From the NCBI GenBank assembly GCA_011911785.1, contig GCA_011911785.1_4084.1: 64,000 nt of DNA; one strand, 5' to 3'. The notes beneath the pieces were generated by a model that saw only the letters and a list, made by a program, of their open reading frames with translations, ran no database searches and had not been told where the DNA came from. The stretch's first letter is position 1, and the number at the start of each line of letters is the position of its first letter. This document shows positions 43,047-53,605 of the stretch, piece by piece. The stretch is from a phage. The position numbers were made by a program, and so were the translations under genes.

Positions 43047-44222
43047 TCAAAATGTAGGAAGTTTGAATTCTCTCATAACAGATGAACTGCTTGCAGATAC
43101 ATTATCTGGTGATTTCCCTGCGTAGTATAATTTATTATCAATGAACATATACAATGTTGCATCATTTCCTGCTACAAGCGATTCACTTTTCTTAAATTTA
43201 ACACCACTAGGTAAAATTGCTTCAACAAATGAACCTGATTCTCGTGTAGTATTATTTGCCAATTGACCATTGTTATTATAACCAGTACTATAAATTTTAC
43301 CTGAACTATAATATACGAGTCCACGAGTACTAGTGTTTTCTATTCGAATGAATTCACTATCATCTGGAACTGTCGTTGATAGTACTGGGTTTAACTTATA
43401 AGCAGATGATACATTATTATTACCCAATTGACCATAACCTTGAAAGCCTAGTGTATACATAGGACATGATTCTGGTGTACCTTTTGTTATAATACCAATA
43501 TAATTCGTACTACAAAAAATGTCTATTACTTCTGTAATAGGTGTACCCTTATATTGAACCCAAGGGAATACATACGATTGTTGCTTACCATTTCCCAAAG
43601 TACCGGAAGTTGTTGTCCCAGTACGCCACATTGTATCATCAAGTTTAATAATCCAGTTAGCTGTCGTTATCGATGAACAGAATTTTTTAACATTATCCAC
43701 TAAAAATGTAAATTGATTATAATATGATGCAGTGTTTATACCAAACTTAGCACCAGTATTATCACCTAACAAATATAAACTATTATCTGTACCTAAAATC
43801 AAAGCATAATCATAACCCACGTATATATCTTTAATTCTTGAAATTCCAAATTGTGTAAAATAGCTTGTACATTCTGTGAATGTTGTTATATTATTGGTTG
43901 TATTATTACCCAGCCATTTATCTAAACCACTATAAAAGAATCTATCATCATTTGTGCGTATTAGACAAAAAGCGTTCATTGTACTGCACCAAAAATCTTT
44001 AACATTGCTATATATTTTTGTCCATTCAGTTAGTGGATTAGTATGACCTAAACCAAAAATTCCACCATTCTGAAGACCAATAGCCCATATTGAACCATTT
44101 TTATCAAGCATCATTGTACATGTATGTGAATAACCACCCGATGGTGTAACTAATTTAACAAAATTGGGAATATATGGTAAAACTTTATTTCCATAATCCA
44201 ACATTCTAACAAAAGGTAACAT
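43047..44222 (-). CDS. beta-propeller family protein, MLPFVRMLDYGN N-terminal module
   Basis: Conserved start context and N-terminus. Confidence 0.65.
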   Translation of the reverse strand: MLPFVRMLDYGNKVLPYIPNFVKLVTPSGGYSHTCTMMLDKNGSIWAIGLQNGGIFGLGHTNPLTEWTKIYSNVKDFWCSTMNAFCLIRTNDDRFFYSGLDKWLGNNTTNNITTFTECTSYFTQFGISRIKDIYVGYDYALILGTDNSLYLLGDNTGAKFGINTASYYNQFTFLVDNVKKFCSSITTANWIIKLDDTMWRTGTTTSGTLGNGKQQSYVFPWVQYKGTPITEVIDIFCSTNYIGIITKGTPESCPMYTLGFQGYGQLGNNNVSSAYKLNPVLSTTVPDDSEFIRIENTSTRGLVYYSSGKIYSTGYNNNGQLANNTTRESGSFVEAILPSGVKFKKSESLVAGNDATLYMFIDNKLYYAGKSPDNVSASSSSVMREFKLPTF

Positions 44223-44266
44223 ATTCCCTCCTTTATTCATTATACTATATTTAATCAAAAAGAAAT

Positions 44267-44285
44267 GCCAGCATCAAGTACTGGC
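44267..44285 (-). terminator. intrinsic terminator, array cassette (imperfect)
   Basis: GCCAGCATCAAGTACTGGC hairpin. Confidence 0.45.
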
Positions 44286-44292
44286 GAAATTA

Positions 44293-45483
44293 TTACAATT
44301 GTCTAGGTGTATCCAGAACATATCTATTTGTACTAGGACCACCATCATCATACGTTCCGGTTGAATATATATTTTTCATATCAGCAGTTAAAAATGTACG
44401 ATACGAACCTCTATATATTTTTATTTTATCATACATAGAATATGTTATTTGTGCTGGCAGTGGACATGCAGTAAATCTACCAATAGTAACATTAGAACCA
44501 ACACCCAATGTACCAGCATAACTACTCTCATTTAAACCAGTTGCATATACACCAGTACTCGTAACTAGTATACTAGATTGTGTTGGATATCCAGTATGGA
44601 TTGAATACAACGTGCCAGTTGGTAGAGTAGTACTATTATTTCCTAATACTGCTAGTGCTGTACTAGTCGTAGTGTTATTACCCCATGCACCATTCCTAGC
44701 TAAACCACCCACAAGGAACTGGCGTGCTCCTGTACTTGGATTTTCAACTAAAGCACTGACCGCACCACTTGAACAACCAGTGTATTGTAACGTTTTTGTA
44801 TATGTTGTACTTGGCTGATATAAAGTATATTCATTATAGGGAGTCCATGTGGTACTGGTACTTATACCTGACGTACCACCACCAATATATAAATTATTTT
44901 GTGTATCAAAAAACATTACACAGTTATTTGTTGACTGTATTTGTGCAATATCAACATTAGGCGTGACAGCTTTTACAAATGATCCATCTGTTATTTGTTG
45001 AGTACTACCAGTACCATCAGCGAATTGTCTAGCCCCACTCCAACCAGTACTCCATATTGTATTATTATCCATTAATACCGTAAACCACGTAGTACCTCCA
45101 TACATCTGTTTAATTGAAGTACTTGAACTTTGCGTGTACAAATTTTCAATATATTGGTTATAACTTAAAAACGTAGTAGTACTAGTTGGTAAACCAATAT
45201 GATCACCATATCCACAATAAAAATAATTTGAGTCATTATCTTTTACTAATAAAGTTCCTTGTGTAACCCAGCAATCATTAACGTTTTCTCTAATTAATGT
45301 CCATGATTTTAATGCAGTGTTGTTTCCCCTCCCAAATTTCCCAAAACTATTATCCCCACGTGCATATAGTTGACCATCCGTATACAGAACAACAACATCT
45401 AAATCAGTTGGGATTATTTTCTTAATTTGAAGTGGTACTGGGGTAATATTCCCATAATCAAATAATCTAACAAAAGGTAACAT
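44293..45483 (-). CDS. beta-propeller family protein, MLPFVRLFDYGN N-terminal module
   Basis: Conserved start context and N-terminus. Confidence 0.65.
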   Translation of the reverse strand: MLPFVRLFDYGNITPVPLQIKKIIPTDLDVVVLYTDGQLYARGDNSFGKFGRGNNTALKSWTLIRENVNDCWVTQGTLLVKDNDSNYFYCGYGDHIGLPTSTTTFLSYNQYIENLYTQSSSTSIKQMYGGTTWFTVLMDNNTIWSTGWSGARQFADGTGSTQQITDGSFVKAVTPNVDIAQIQSTNNCVMFFDTQNNLYIGGGTSGISTSTTWTPYNEYTLYQPSTTYTKTLQYTGCSSGAVSALVENPSTGARQFLVGGLARNGAWGNNTTTSTALAVLGNNSTTLPTGTLYSIHTGYPTQSSILVTSTGVYATGLNESSYAGTLGVGSNVTIGRFTACPLPAQITYSMYDKIKIYRGSYRTFLTADMKNIYSTGTYDDGGPSTNRYVLDTPRQL

Positions 45484-45529
45484 ATATTCCTCCTTTATTC
45501 ATTATACTATATTTACCCCAAAAAGAAAT

Positions 45530-45548
45530 GCCAGTATCAAGTACTGGC
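45530..45548 (-). terminator. intrinsic terminator, array cassette
   Basis: GCCAGTATCAAGTACTGGC hairpin. Confidence 0.5.
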
Positions 45549-45554
45549 CTATAT

Positions 45555-46724
45555 TTAAACTGGTGAATCTAATACAAATTCTAAACTACTAATGCCACCA
45601 TATGTGACATTTGTCCCTGTGCTATATACAAAATTACCATCAGTTATATAAGTTCGGTTATACCCACCTGCCATCTGCGACTTACTATAATCAAACCCAT
45701 CAGGAACGATTGCTTTGGTATATACTAATGCATTATTAGATGTACCAATACCTAACATACCAGCTTCTGAAGATTTATTGTAGCCGCAACAATATATACC
45801 ATCTGTTGTAGCAATAACTTGGTTATAATATGAAGTAATGTTAGCAATGCTTACTACATCACCGGGTGGCATTAGTGAAGCAGTTTGAACCTCAAATGCT
45901 CTATAATCACTGAGAGAACCATTTATCCCATCTGCTTGTGCACCAAATATTCTCGAACCGCCATTTGCGATGATGGTTTTACCAGTGGGATCAGTACCAA
46001 TTGCCATTGCCATTGAAGTACTATTCTCCATATAGTACTTGATATTAATTGTATTTCTTAAGCTGGTAGGAGCACCATAATATATAGTATATAACTTACC
46101 TCCTGAACTTGTAACTGCATTTACTCTTCCTGTATAAAATAGCCATCCTTGGTTTGTAACATAACCGTGCATTAAATTACTTGCAAACAATTTAACAGGT
46201 AATTGATCTGCTGCGGTCGGAACAGTACTTTTGACGAATTTTCTAGCAACATTGTTAGTTGTTGTCCCATCACCCAACTGACCATCACCCCCTGCTCCAG
46301 TACTCCATATTGTTTGGTCTGTTAGTAATACACTTGTAGTCTGATAACTAACTGCTATATCTAATATTGGTAATGTTAACGTATCGAATGTTGGCATAGC
46401 AGAAGTCCATATTGATACTGCTGCCCCTGGCATACCAACAGTTGTTGAACTTCCACTGTACCATATTTCATCATTGCTTTTCTTAATAACTATCGACGTG
46501 GCTCCCATCCAAAAATCTTGAACATCAGAAGTGCTAAAAGTCCATGTAGTAACAATATTTTTGTGACCTAAACCCAAAAGACCATTTGCATTCTCACCAC
46601 GCACATATAAATCACCACTGTTTGTTAAAACAGCAACATTATAGTTGTTAGCTAGTATTTTTTTAATATTTGGTTTAGCAGGTGCAATATTCCCATACTC
46701 TAACATTCTTACAAAAGGTAACAT
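45555..46724 (-). CDS. beta-propeller family protein, MLPFVRMLEYGN N-terminal module
   Basis: Conserved start context and N-terminus; GxGGDGQLGDG-like repeats. Confidence 0.65.
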   Translation of the reverse strand: MLPFVRMLEYGNIAPAKPNIKKILANNYNVAVLTNSGDLYVRGENANGLLGLGHKNIVTTWTFSTSDVQDFWMGATSIVIKKSNDEIWYSGSSTTVGMPGAAVSIWTSAMPTFDTLTLPILDIAVSYQTTSVLLTDQTIWSTGAGGDGQLGDGTTTNNVARKFVKSTVPTAADQLPVKLFASNLMHGYVTNQGWLFYTGRVNAVTSSGGKLYTIYYGAPTSLRNTINIKYYMENSTSMAMAIGTDPTGKTIIANGGSRIFGAQADGINGSLSDYRAFEVQTASLMPPGDVVSIANITSYYNQVIATTDGIYCCGYNKSSEAGMLGIGTSNNALVYTKAIVPDGFDYSKSQMAGGYNRTYITDGNFVYSTGTNVTYGGISSLEFVLDSPV

Positions 46725-46769
46725 AATTCCTCCTTTATTCATTATATTATATTTAATCCAAATAAGAAA

Positions 46770-46788
46770 GCCAGTATCAAGTACTGGC
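46770..46788 (-). terminator. intrinsic terminator, array cassette
   Basis: GCCAGTATCAAGTACTGGC hairpin. Confidence 0.5.
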
Positions 46789-46794
46789 TTTAAT

Positions 46795-47943
46795 TCATTG
46801 TATAAATGACATATCAACTTCGGTATATCTTGTAGTGTACTGCCCAGAACTTCCACCCATTACTAGATTGGAAAAACCAGTATAAAATAACTTACCTTCA
46901 TCTGTGAGAATCAAACTACCGATGTTATTCAGTACTAAACTGTAAGAACTATTAAAATTAGCATAGGACTGGGTATAATAGAACTGATTTGTAAGATTAC
47001 CAACACCCAATTGTCCACCAGTGTTAACCCCAGTTGCAAATATCGTAGTACCAAATCTGCGAATATGCGAGGCCATATTGCCGACGCAACAATGTACATT
47101 CTGAACATCCGAATTCAATAAAGTTGGTGTTGTGTATTGCTTAAGTGTTGTGCCTGTACCGAATTCATTACCATATGATACCCCATACTGTGTACCACAA
47201 GCGTACAATTTATTATCATCTTTAATAAAAAATGTACTCTGATAACTTACATCGACATCTATAACATTAGTCTGTATTCTAACAACTCCAGTACTAGCAG
47301 TTTGATTGCCTGTCCCTAACTGATAGTAAGTGTTAATACCACAACCCCATAATGTATTATCTTCTTTTAGGTATATGTTACCAACAGCTTTTTTTACCGA
47401 TGATATGGCTTCAATCTTAACAAAGGCGTTAAATGAATTTGTATTTGTGCCATTACCAAAAGATGATCTGGTTGATGTGCTGTTTGTTCCGCAGCAATAT
47501 AAAGTACCATCAGTTGTTATCAAATTCACTTTAAGATCACTGTAACTACTCATGTATTTTATATCAGAAACATTAATACCACTGGATGTTATCCATGAAG
47601 TACAATCTGTCCACGTGTTATAATATGCACCTGAACCAGAAAACGCACTCGGACTTCCTGTTATAAACACTTTTCCAGTACCGTCTTCTTCATATAATTG
47701 ACAACCACTACTGTTATTTTCCAAAAGAACTCTTTTAACATTAGTTGCACTAAGAATAAATTTACTTGACGATACACCAGTCCCCGTACCCTGACTGACT
47801 GCTGCTGAAGCATACAAATTTTTAGTGTATGTATCATGAAAATACATAGCACTACCACCGGAATATATTTTAAAACGTGTACTAGGATCTGGTGGAATTG
47901 GTGCAATATTCCCATAATCTAACATTCTTACAAAAGGTAACAT
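46795..47943 (-). CDS. beta-propeller family protein, MLPFVRMLDYGN N-terminal module
   Basis: Conserved start context; YYQLGTGN, GGQLGVGN repeats. Confidence 0.65.
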   Translation of the reverse strand: MLPFVRMLDYGNIAPIPPDPSTRFKIYSGGSAMYFHDTYTKNLYASAAVSQGTGTGVSSSKFILSATNVKRVLLENNSSGCQLYEEDGTGKVFITGSPSAFSGSGAYYNTWTDCTSWITSSGINVSDIKYMSSYSDLKVNLITTDGTLYCCGTNSTSTRSSFGNGTNTNSFNAFVKIEAISSVKKAVGNIYLKEDNTLWGCGINTYYQLGTGNQTASTGVVRIQTNVIDVDVSYQSTFFIKDDNKLYACGTQYGVSYGNEFGTGTTLKQYTTPTLLNSDVQNVHCCVGNMASHIRRFGTTIFATGVNTGGQLGVGNLTNQFYYTQSYANFNSSYSLVLNNIGSLILTDEGKLFYTGFSNLVMGGSSGQYTTRYTEVDMSFIQ

Positions 47944-47988
47944 AATTCCTCCTTTATTCATTATATTATATTTAATCCAAATAAGAAA

Positions 47989-48007
47989 GCCAGTATCAAG
48001 TACTGGC
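47989..48007 (-). terminator. intrinsic terminator, array cassette
   Basis: GCCAGTATCAAGTACTGGC hairpin. Confidence 0.5.
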
Positions 48008-48013
48008 ATTATG

Positions 48014-49123
48014 TTATTTTGGTAAATCAATTTTAGTAAAGACTGCAACATCCTCGCTTGCACCGGGAATGGCGTAATACGTTCCAGTACTATATACATC
48101 TCCATTTTTGGTTAATATTGAAGTCAAACCATCACTAAAAAGAACATCCCTAATCTCACTAACTTCAACGGGTAATTGTAAATTTGTAGCACTATATATA
48201 GCACCAGTTTGAGAATTGTTTAATCCCAAACCACGGTTCGCCCCAACACCCTTCTGATATGTACTGGTAATTACCATTTGTGTAGCAGTATTTAATGCAG
48301 GTGAATTCGTCATAAACAACGGAGAACTATTAGGAAAAGTACTTGCAGGAACTGCACGGAATGTAGTCGTGCCTGAACTAAGAAAGTTTGGAGTTTGACC
48401 ACATACGAAATATGATGTACCATTATAGTAATTAAATGCATTACCACCAATGGCTGCATCGATTACACCAGAACTACGTAATCCCCAAGTGTTAATTTGT
48501 GTTTGGTCCCCTGTACCATGCTGCCCACTGCTATTCCATCCAGAACTATATAGCTTATTATCTAATGTAATATACATACTATCATTTGCATTAGTCATTA
48601 CTTTACGCACGTTAGTAGCACATTGAGTTAATGTGTAAATCGATGATGAGCCAATACCTAAAGAACCACGATATCCATTATCTCCTGCACCATAGAGTAC
48701 TGAACTAGTGCTAAGTACAAATATTAAACCATTTGTACATACAATATTAGCAATTTCACTCACTGGTATAGCATTGGTAAACCAATTAGTCCTTTCAACT
48801 AATATAGTACTGTAAGAAGTAGTTGTAGAAGATGAGAACCAGTACGTTTCACCCGATGTCCATATCGTATTATCATTTTTAATAATAACAAGTGTACGAC
48901 CACCCACGAAAAAATTAGAAACATCTGAACTTACTAATATCCATGAAGATACCGTGTTGTTATTACCATTTCCAGATTCACCACCTTGATTTCTACCTAT
49001 GTAATATAAATCATGTGAATCAGTCAATAAGAATTGACCTTGTGTAGAAGCACCAACTTTAATTATATTTTTAGGACCAGGTACAATATTCCCATACTCT
49101 AACATTCTAACAAAAGGTAACAT
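48014..49123 (-). CDS. beta-propeller family protein, MLPFVRMLEYGN N-terminal module
   Basis: Conserved start context and N-terminus. Confidence 0.65.
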   Translation of the reverse strand: MLPFVRMLEYGNIVPGPKNIIKVGASTQGQFLLTDSHDLYYIGRNQGGESGNGNNNTVSSWILVSSDVSNFFVGGRTLVIIKNDNTIWTSGETYWFSSSTTTSYSTILVERTNWFTNAIPVSEIANIVCTNGLIFVLSTSSVLYGAGDNGYRGSLGIGSSSIYTLTQCATNVRKVMTNANDSMYITLDNKLYSSGWNSSGQHGTGDQTQINTWGLRSSGVIDAAIGGNAFNYYNGTSYFVCGQTPNFLSSGTTTFRAVPASTFPNSSPLFMTNSPALNTATQMVITSTYQKGVGANRGLGLNNSQTGAIYSATNLQLPVEVSEIRDVLFSDGLTSILTKNGDVYSTGTYYAIPGASEDVAVFTKIDLPK

Positions 49124-49169
49124 AATTCCTCCTTTATTCATTATACTATATTTAATACAAATAAGAAAA

Positions 49170-49188
49170 GCCAGTACAGAGTACTGGC
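49170..49188 (-). terminator. intrinsic terminator, array cassette
   Basis: GCCAGTACAGAGTACTGGC hairpin. Confidence 0.6.
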
Positions 49189-49195
49189 TATTATA

Positions 49196-50338
49196 TTATT
49201 TCCACGGTAGAAGTGAATCAGGAACTCTGGTTGGTACTCTAACGGCTGGAACATTTCCAAGTTCAGGTAAACCACTCATATACAAATTGTTATTTTCATC
49301 AATTATCATTGAATAGAAATTATCAATTACGAAGCCTGAAATTCGTCTTCCTTCTAATGCATCAAGAACCATTTCGGTGAAAGTTAGTATATTTTCGGAT
49401 GTTTGATTAACACCACATGCACCATAGGTATTTCGACCACAAGTATATAACTTATTATTATTTTTAACAACACATCCATTCCCTTCGTTGTTGGATAAAC
49501 CACCCACCAACTCTATTTCACCTTGGAATGATAAATTGGGAATTAATGTACTCATTGGTACTGCTGATACTCTACCTACACCAGCTTGACCATATGCATT
49601 TGGTGAAGCAACCTTCACTGAACCATCATTAAGAAATATATATGAAGTACGGTATGTATTTACAGCTTGTATAGCATTGGTGATCGTATTGTCTTTTGTA
49701 AAACTTAATATATTTGATGTTGTTGTACTACCAGGAGCAACAGTATTTCCTGCATACCAATAGGAGCCATCATCAAGTACTAACCCAGTACTGAGCAAAG
49801 AACAGCCATAACTTTTAACATTTTCTATAGTGCTGTATCTGAACGATGTGACATTAGCTGTTGACGCGTTACCAAATACACCACCTTCGCCAGCACCACA
49901 GTAGAACCATTTTCCATTTTTTAAAAATACACGCAAATTCTGCCCAACAGCAATACCATCAATATCATCAGCACTGACACCAAAATCAGTGAAGTACTGG
50001 GTTACATCAATCCAAACCCCATTTGTATTTGTTCCGATTTGTGGCATTACTATACTAGCACCTGTGAACCAAATAGTTCCATCATTCTTAATGGCAATGG
50101 AACCAAGAACACCACCCCAGTAACGTTCAATATTATTATTCACACGGGTCCATACGGTGGATGATTGTAATGAACCATTACCACCTTGTCCAAATGAAGA
50201 TGAACCATACCAGTACAAGTCACCATTAACATGCAAATAAAAACGAGTATTATAATTTGCTTGTAATCTATTTTTAAATAGAGGTTTTGGTTCTGGTGCT
50301 TCATTTCCATACTCTAACATTCTAGCAAAAGGTAACAT
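49196..50338 (-). CDS. beta-propeller family protein, MLPFARMLEYGN; near-duplicate of 50412..51554
   Basis: Same length (380 aa) and long identical stretches with neighbour. Confidence 0.7.
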   Translation of the reverse strand: MLPFARMLEYGNEAPEPKPLFKNRLQANYNTRFYLHVNGDLYWYGSSSFGQGGNGSLQSSTVWTRVNNNIERYWGGVLGSIAIKNDGTIWFTGASIVMPQIGTNTNGVWIDVTQYFTDFGVSADDIDGIAVGQNLRVFLKNGKWFYCGAGEGGVFGNASTANVTSFRYSTIENVKSYGCSLLSTGLVLDDGSYWYAGNTVAPGSTTTSNILSFTKDNTITNAIQAVNTYRTSYIFLNDGSVKVASPNAYGQAGVGRVSAVPMSTLIPNLSFQGEIELVGGLSNNEGNGCVVKNNNKLYTCGRNTYGACGVNQTSENILTFTEMVLDALEGRRISGFVIDNFYSMIIDENNNLYMSGLPELGNVPAVRVPTRVPDSLLPWK

Positions 50339-50385
50339 AATTTCCTCCTTTATTCATTATACTATATTTAATACAAATAAGAAAA

Positions 50386-50404
50386 GCCAGTACAGAGTAC
50401 TGGC
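50386..50404 (-). terminator. intrinsic terminator, array cassette
   Basis: GCCAGTACAGAGTACTGGC hairpin. Confidence 0.6.
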
Positions 50405-50411
50405 TATTATA

Positions 50412-51554
50412 TTATTTCCACGGTAGAAGTGAATCAGGAACCCTTGTCGGTACATTTGTAGTAGACACCCCATCAAGATTTGGTACACCGCATGTATATA
50501 AATTATCAGCATCGTCAACTAACATCGTATAGTTATATCCCCTACAAAAACTACTAACATTACGACCTTCTAATGCAGTAAGAATCATTTCAGTGAATGT
50601 TGTTATATTTGTCGAGGTTGAACCAACACCACATTGTCCATTTGAATTAAGACCACATAAAAATAACTTATTATCATTTTTAATTATACAGGATGGTCCA
50701 GTAAGGTTTGTACCAAGCTCACCCACTAACTCTATTTCACCTTGGAATGCTAAATTTGGAATTAATGTACTCATAGGGGCTGGTGTTGTATTCCCAGTAC
50801 CTGCTTGACCACGTTCGTTGGAAGATGCAACTTTAACTGTTCCATCACTAAGAAATATATAGGAAGTTTCAATTGTATTGACTGCTTTAATTGCAGTGCT
50901 GATAGAAGTTTCTTGTGTAAATCTTAGCACGTTTTGTGCTGACGTTCCCGATATAAACGTATTACCTGCATACCAATATGTACCATCATTGAGTACTAAT
51001 GCAGTACTTCGAATTGCACAACCAGCACTTCGAACATTTTCTATAGTACTGTACGTGAATTGTGAAACGCTTGCCGATGAACCATTTCCGAATACACCAC
51101 CACTCCCAGCACCACAGAAGAACCACTTTCCATTTTTCAAAAATACACGCATACACGCAGATATAACAATACTATCAATATCATCAGCACTGACACCGAA
51201 ATCAGCAAAGTGCGATGTCACATCAACCCAAACACCGTTAGTGTTTGATGCAATTACTGGAATAACAGAACTTGTACCAGTGTACCAAATAGTACCATCT
51301 TTCTTTATCGCTATTGTTCCTTGAACACCACCCCAATATCGTACAACATTTGTATTGACGAGAGTCCATGCGGTTGAAGAGTTCAATGAACCATTACCAC
51401 CTTGACCATATGATGAAGAACCAAACCAATATAGATTACCATTGGTGTGTAAATAAAATTTGGCATCTGCCGAGCATTGTAACCTATTTTTTAATCGTGG
51501 TGCGGGTTCCGGTGCAATATTCCCGTACTCTAACATTCTTGCAAAAGGTAACAT
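50412..51554 (-). CDS. beta-propeller family protein, MLPFARMLEYGN
   Basis: Starts 12 nt after upstream gene stop (co-transcribed). Confidence 0.7.
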   Translation of the reverse strand: MLPFARMLEYGNIAPEPAPRLKNRLQCSADAKFYLHTNGNLYWFGSSSYGQGGNGSLNSSTAWTLVNTNVVRYWGGVQGTIAIKKDGTIWYTGTSSVIPVIASNTNGVWVDVTSHFADFGVSADDIDSIVISACMRVFLKNGKWFFCGAGSGGVFGNGSSASVSQFTYSTIENVRSAGCAIRSTALVLNDGTYWYAGNTFISGTSAQNVLRFTQETSISTAIKAVNTIETSYIFLSDGTVKVASSNERGQAGTGNTTPAPMSTLIPNLAFQGEIELVGELGTNLTGPSCIIKNDNKLFLCGLNSNGQCGVGSTSTNITTFTEMILTALEGRNVSSFCRGYNYTMLVDDADNLYTCGVPNLDGVSTTNVPTRVPDSLLPWK

Positions 51555-51566
51555 AATTCCTCCATA

Positions 51567-52463
51567 TTATTTAAAAACATACTGCGTATTAACACGAGTG
51601 CCATTGTCAAAACCAAGTACATAAAATATCTCAGCACTATTCTTAGAACCAAATAACGCACCAGTACTACTACTCAAAGTAGTATTAACCGCTAAGGGAA
51701 TCCATATGTCTTCTTCTGCATCGTATCTCAATAAATTTAATGCACCATACGACACTGCATATATATTTTTATCATATGTACTGTAACATATTTTACTAGG
51801 GTTATTACCACCAACTGGTGCTATGTTAGACCACACCGCACTTTGTATATGATATTTTTGTGCAGTACTAGTACCTTGACCAGTAATATATATGTAAGTA
51901 CCATCCGTACACATATCACCACCTCCATTGTTATTTGTTCCATCACTTGTACCTAATGATGACCATGTATTAGTACTTGGAGTATAACTGTATAACGAAT
52001 TATTAGTAGGCGAACCCCACAAATATATCTTATCCCCAGCAGTAATCATCTTACTATACGCCAGTTGACTAGGCTTCCCAATACTGTTAGTGTTCAGAAT
52101 CCATGTATTTGTACTTATATTATATACATAAAAATTATTACTACTATTACCTGAACCACCAAACAAATATATTTTTCCCTGATAAGCACATAACGCACTA
52201 CCAAATGTAGATACAGGTGCATTGGCTAATTGTGACCACGTTCTTGTAGTTAAATTAAAACTCCATAACTGATTATCCGTCTGCACCGCATTCTGTATAC
52301 CACCAAATATATAAGCAATATTACTTTCCGCATCATACGTATAACCAAAGTTATTTCGTGCTGAAGGTACTGGTGTTGTAGTAAATTGTGTTCGTACTCC
52401 ACCATTTGGGCCAGGTAATGGACCTACATTCCCGAACTCAAACATTCTAACAAAAGGTAACAT
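51567..52463 (-). CDS. beta-propeller family protein, MLPFVRMFEFGN; Kelch-like repeats
   Basis: Conserved cassette start; IYLFGG/IYIFGG-type motifs. Confidence 0.65.
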   Translation of the reverse strand: MLPFVRMFEFGNVGPLPGPNGGVRTQFTTTPVPSARNNFGYTYDAESNIAYIFGGIQNAVQTDNQLWSFNLTTRTWSQLANAPVSTFGSALCAYQGKIYLFGGSGNSSNNFYVYNISTNTWILNTNSIGKPSQLAYSKMITAGDKIYLWGSPTNNSLYSYTPSTNTWSSLGTSDGTNNNGGGDMCTDGTYIYITGQGTSTAQKYHIQSAVWSNIAPVGGNNPSKICYSTYDKNIYAVSYGALNLLRYDAEEDIWIPLAVNTTLSSSTGALFGSKNSAEIFYVLGFDNGTRVNTQYVFK

Positions 52464-52511
52464 AATTCCTCCTTTATTCATTATACTATATTTAATCAAA
52501 AAAGAAAACCC

Positions 52512-52540
52512 TTGACACCCTTTCAGTACTGATGTACTAT
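52512..52540 (+). promoter_or_regulatory. sigma70-type promoter (TTGACA-17-TACTAT) for the small-gene array, divergent from beta-propeller array
   Basis: Hexamers in the 100-bp divergent intergenic region. Confidence 0.5.
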
Positions 52541-52565
52541 ATGAGAAATCTAAGGAGAATCGTAC

Positions 52566-52793
52566 ATGCCATATGCTCTAAAGTACTACATCAATGAACT
52601 AAATGAACTAGAGTACGCAAAGGTTCTCTCTGACCAATCGTGGCTAATTGAACTAAAAAATCATAAGAGCACAGGGTGTAACCTTATGCTTGGTAGTGCA
52701 CTGAATACCCTTACTGTGAGCATTGTACACAATACACTATTAGGGGATACCCGTAAACAATTTTTAAACATCTTAGTACTAGTGGCTATATGA
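52566..52793 (+). CDS. small protein, first gene of tandem small-paralog array
   Basis: ATG after AAGGAGAA. Confidence 0.55.
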   Translation: MPYALKYYINELNELEYAKVLSDQSWLIELKNHKSTGCNLMLGSALNTLTVSIVHNTLLGDTRKQFLNILVLVAI

Positions 52794-52990
52794 ACATTAA
52801 CCCGTACTACATCAATGCATTGCACCCTGGGCTACAAGATGCAATGAAGAACCAAAAAACAGTACTGAAAAATGCTAAACGCATACCAGGACTCCTGAAC
52901 TCAAACAGGAATAACCTCATATGGAATGCAATAGAAGGTAACGAAAGTATGCAGTACTATTTCATCTTAACACTACTATTGGAGTACTAA
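52790..52990 (+). CDS. small paralog-array protein
   Basis: ATGA overlap. Confidence 0.5.
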   Translation: MNINPYYINALHPGLQDAMKNQKTVLKNAKRIPGLLNSNRNNLIWNAIEGNESMQYYFILTLLLEY

Positions 52991-52991
52991 T

Positions 52992-53201
52992 ATGAATACT
53001 GAACATAAAGAATTCTACACCAAATACCTCAGCAACGAAGAACAAATGTTTCTAAGGAGTGTACCACCTGTAAGTATAGACACACCCAACACAAGGAATT
53101 GCTTTAATAATTGTATACGTAGTACTCTAGAAGCTATTGAATGCAATAACAAAAATATGCAGTACTCAAGTTTAATCGGACTAATATACTTCTATGAATA
53201 A
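52992..53201 (+). CDS. small paralog-array protein (HKEFYTKYL N-terminal motif)
   Basis: Starts 2 nt after stop; family motifs. Confidence 0.55.
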   Translation: MNTEHKEFYTKYLSNEEQMFLRSVPPVSIDTPNTRNCFNNCIRSTLEAIECNNKNMQYSSLIGLIYFYE

Positions 53202-53385
53202 TCATAAAGATTTCTACTGTAGTAAACTACACGAACAATACAGGGACTCATTCCCTCAAGAACCTATGAGAAAGAATAGTCCCTTTTATAATTACGATTT
53301 CAGGTTGGAGACACGTTATGCAATAGAACAACCATTTACTTCAACTAAGTACCGCTCTATCCTGAACCTCATCTTTAAGTTCTAA
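53194..53385 (+). CDS. small paralog-array protein (HKDFYCSKL)
   Basis: Family motifs. Confidence 0.5.
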   Translation: MNNHKDFYCSKLHEQYRDSFPQEPMRKNSPFYNYDFRLETRYAIEQPFTSTKYRSILNLIFKF

Positions 53386-53605
53386 AAAGGTACTATATGA
53401 AAACTACAAACATTCATCAGTACTACATAGATATTCTCCCTAAAGATATACAGTTCATACTTAAACAAGAATTCAGTACTTTTTAAAAACTTAAAAGAAC
53501 CGCACCGAATGTACTCATCCAGCACCAAAAAAATGTCGTGCGTAATATTCTACAAGGTGCAACAGGGACCGAGTACTTTAATATAGTAAGGCTAATTACA
53601 TTACA

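Noticed and set aside
39315-51324. Plus-strand ORFs inside the minus-strand beta-propeller genes (e.g. 39315..39545, 42407..42607, 47330..47545, 50593..51324)
   Set aside because: Fully embedded antisense frames of large, family-supported minus-strand genes.
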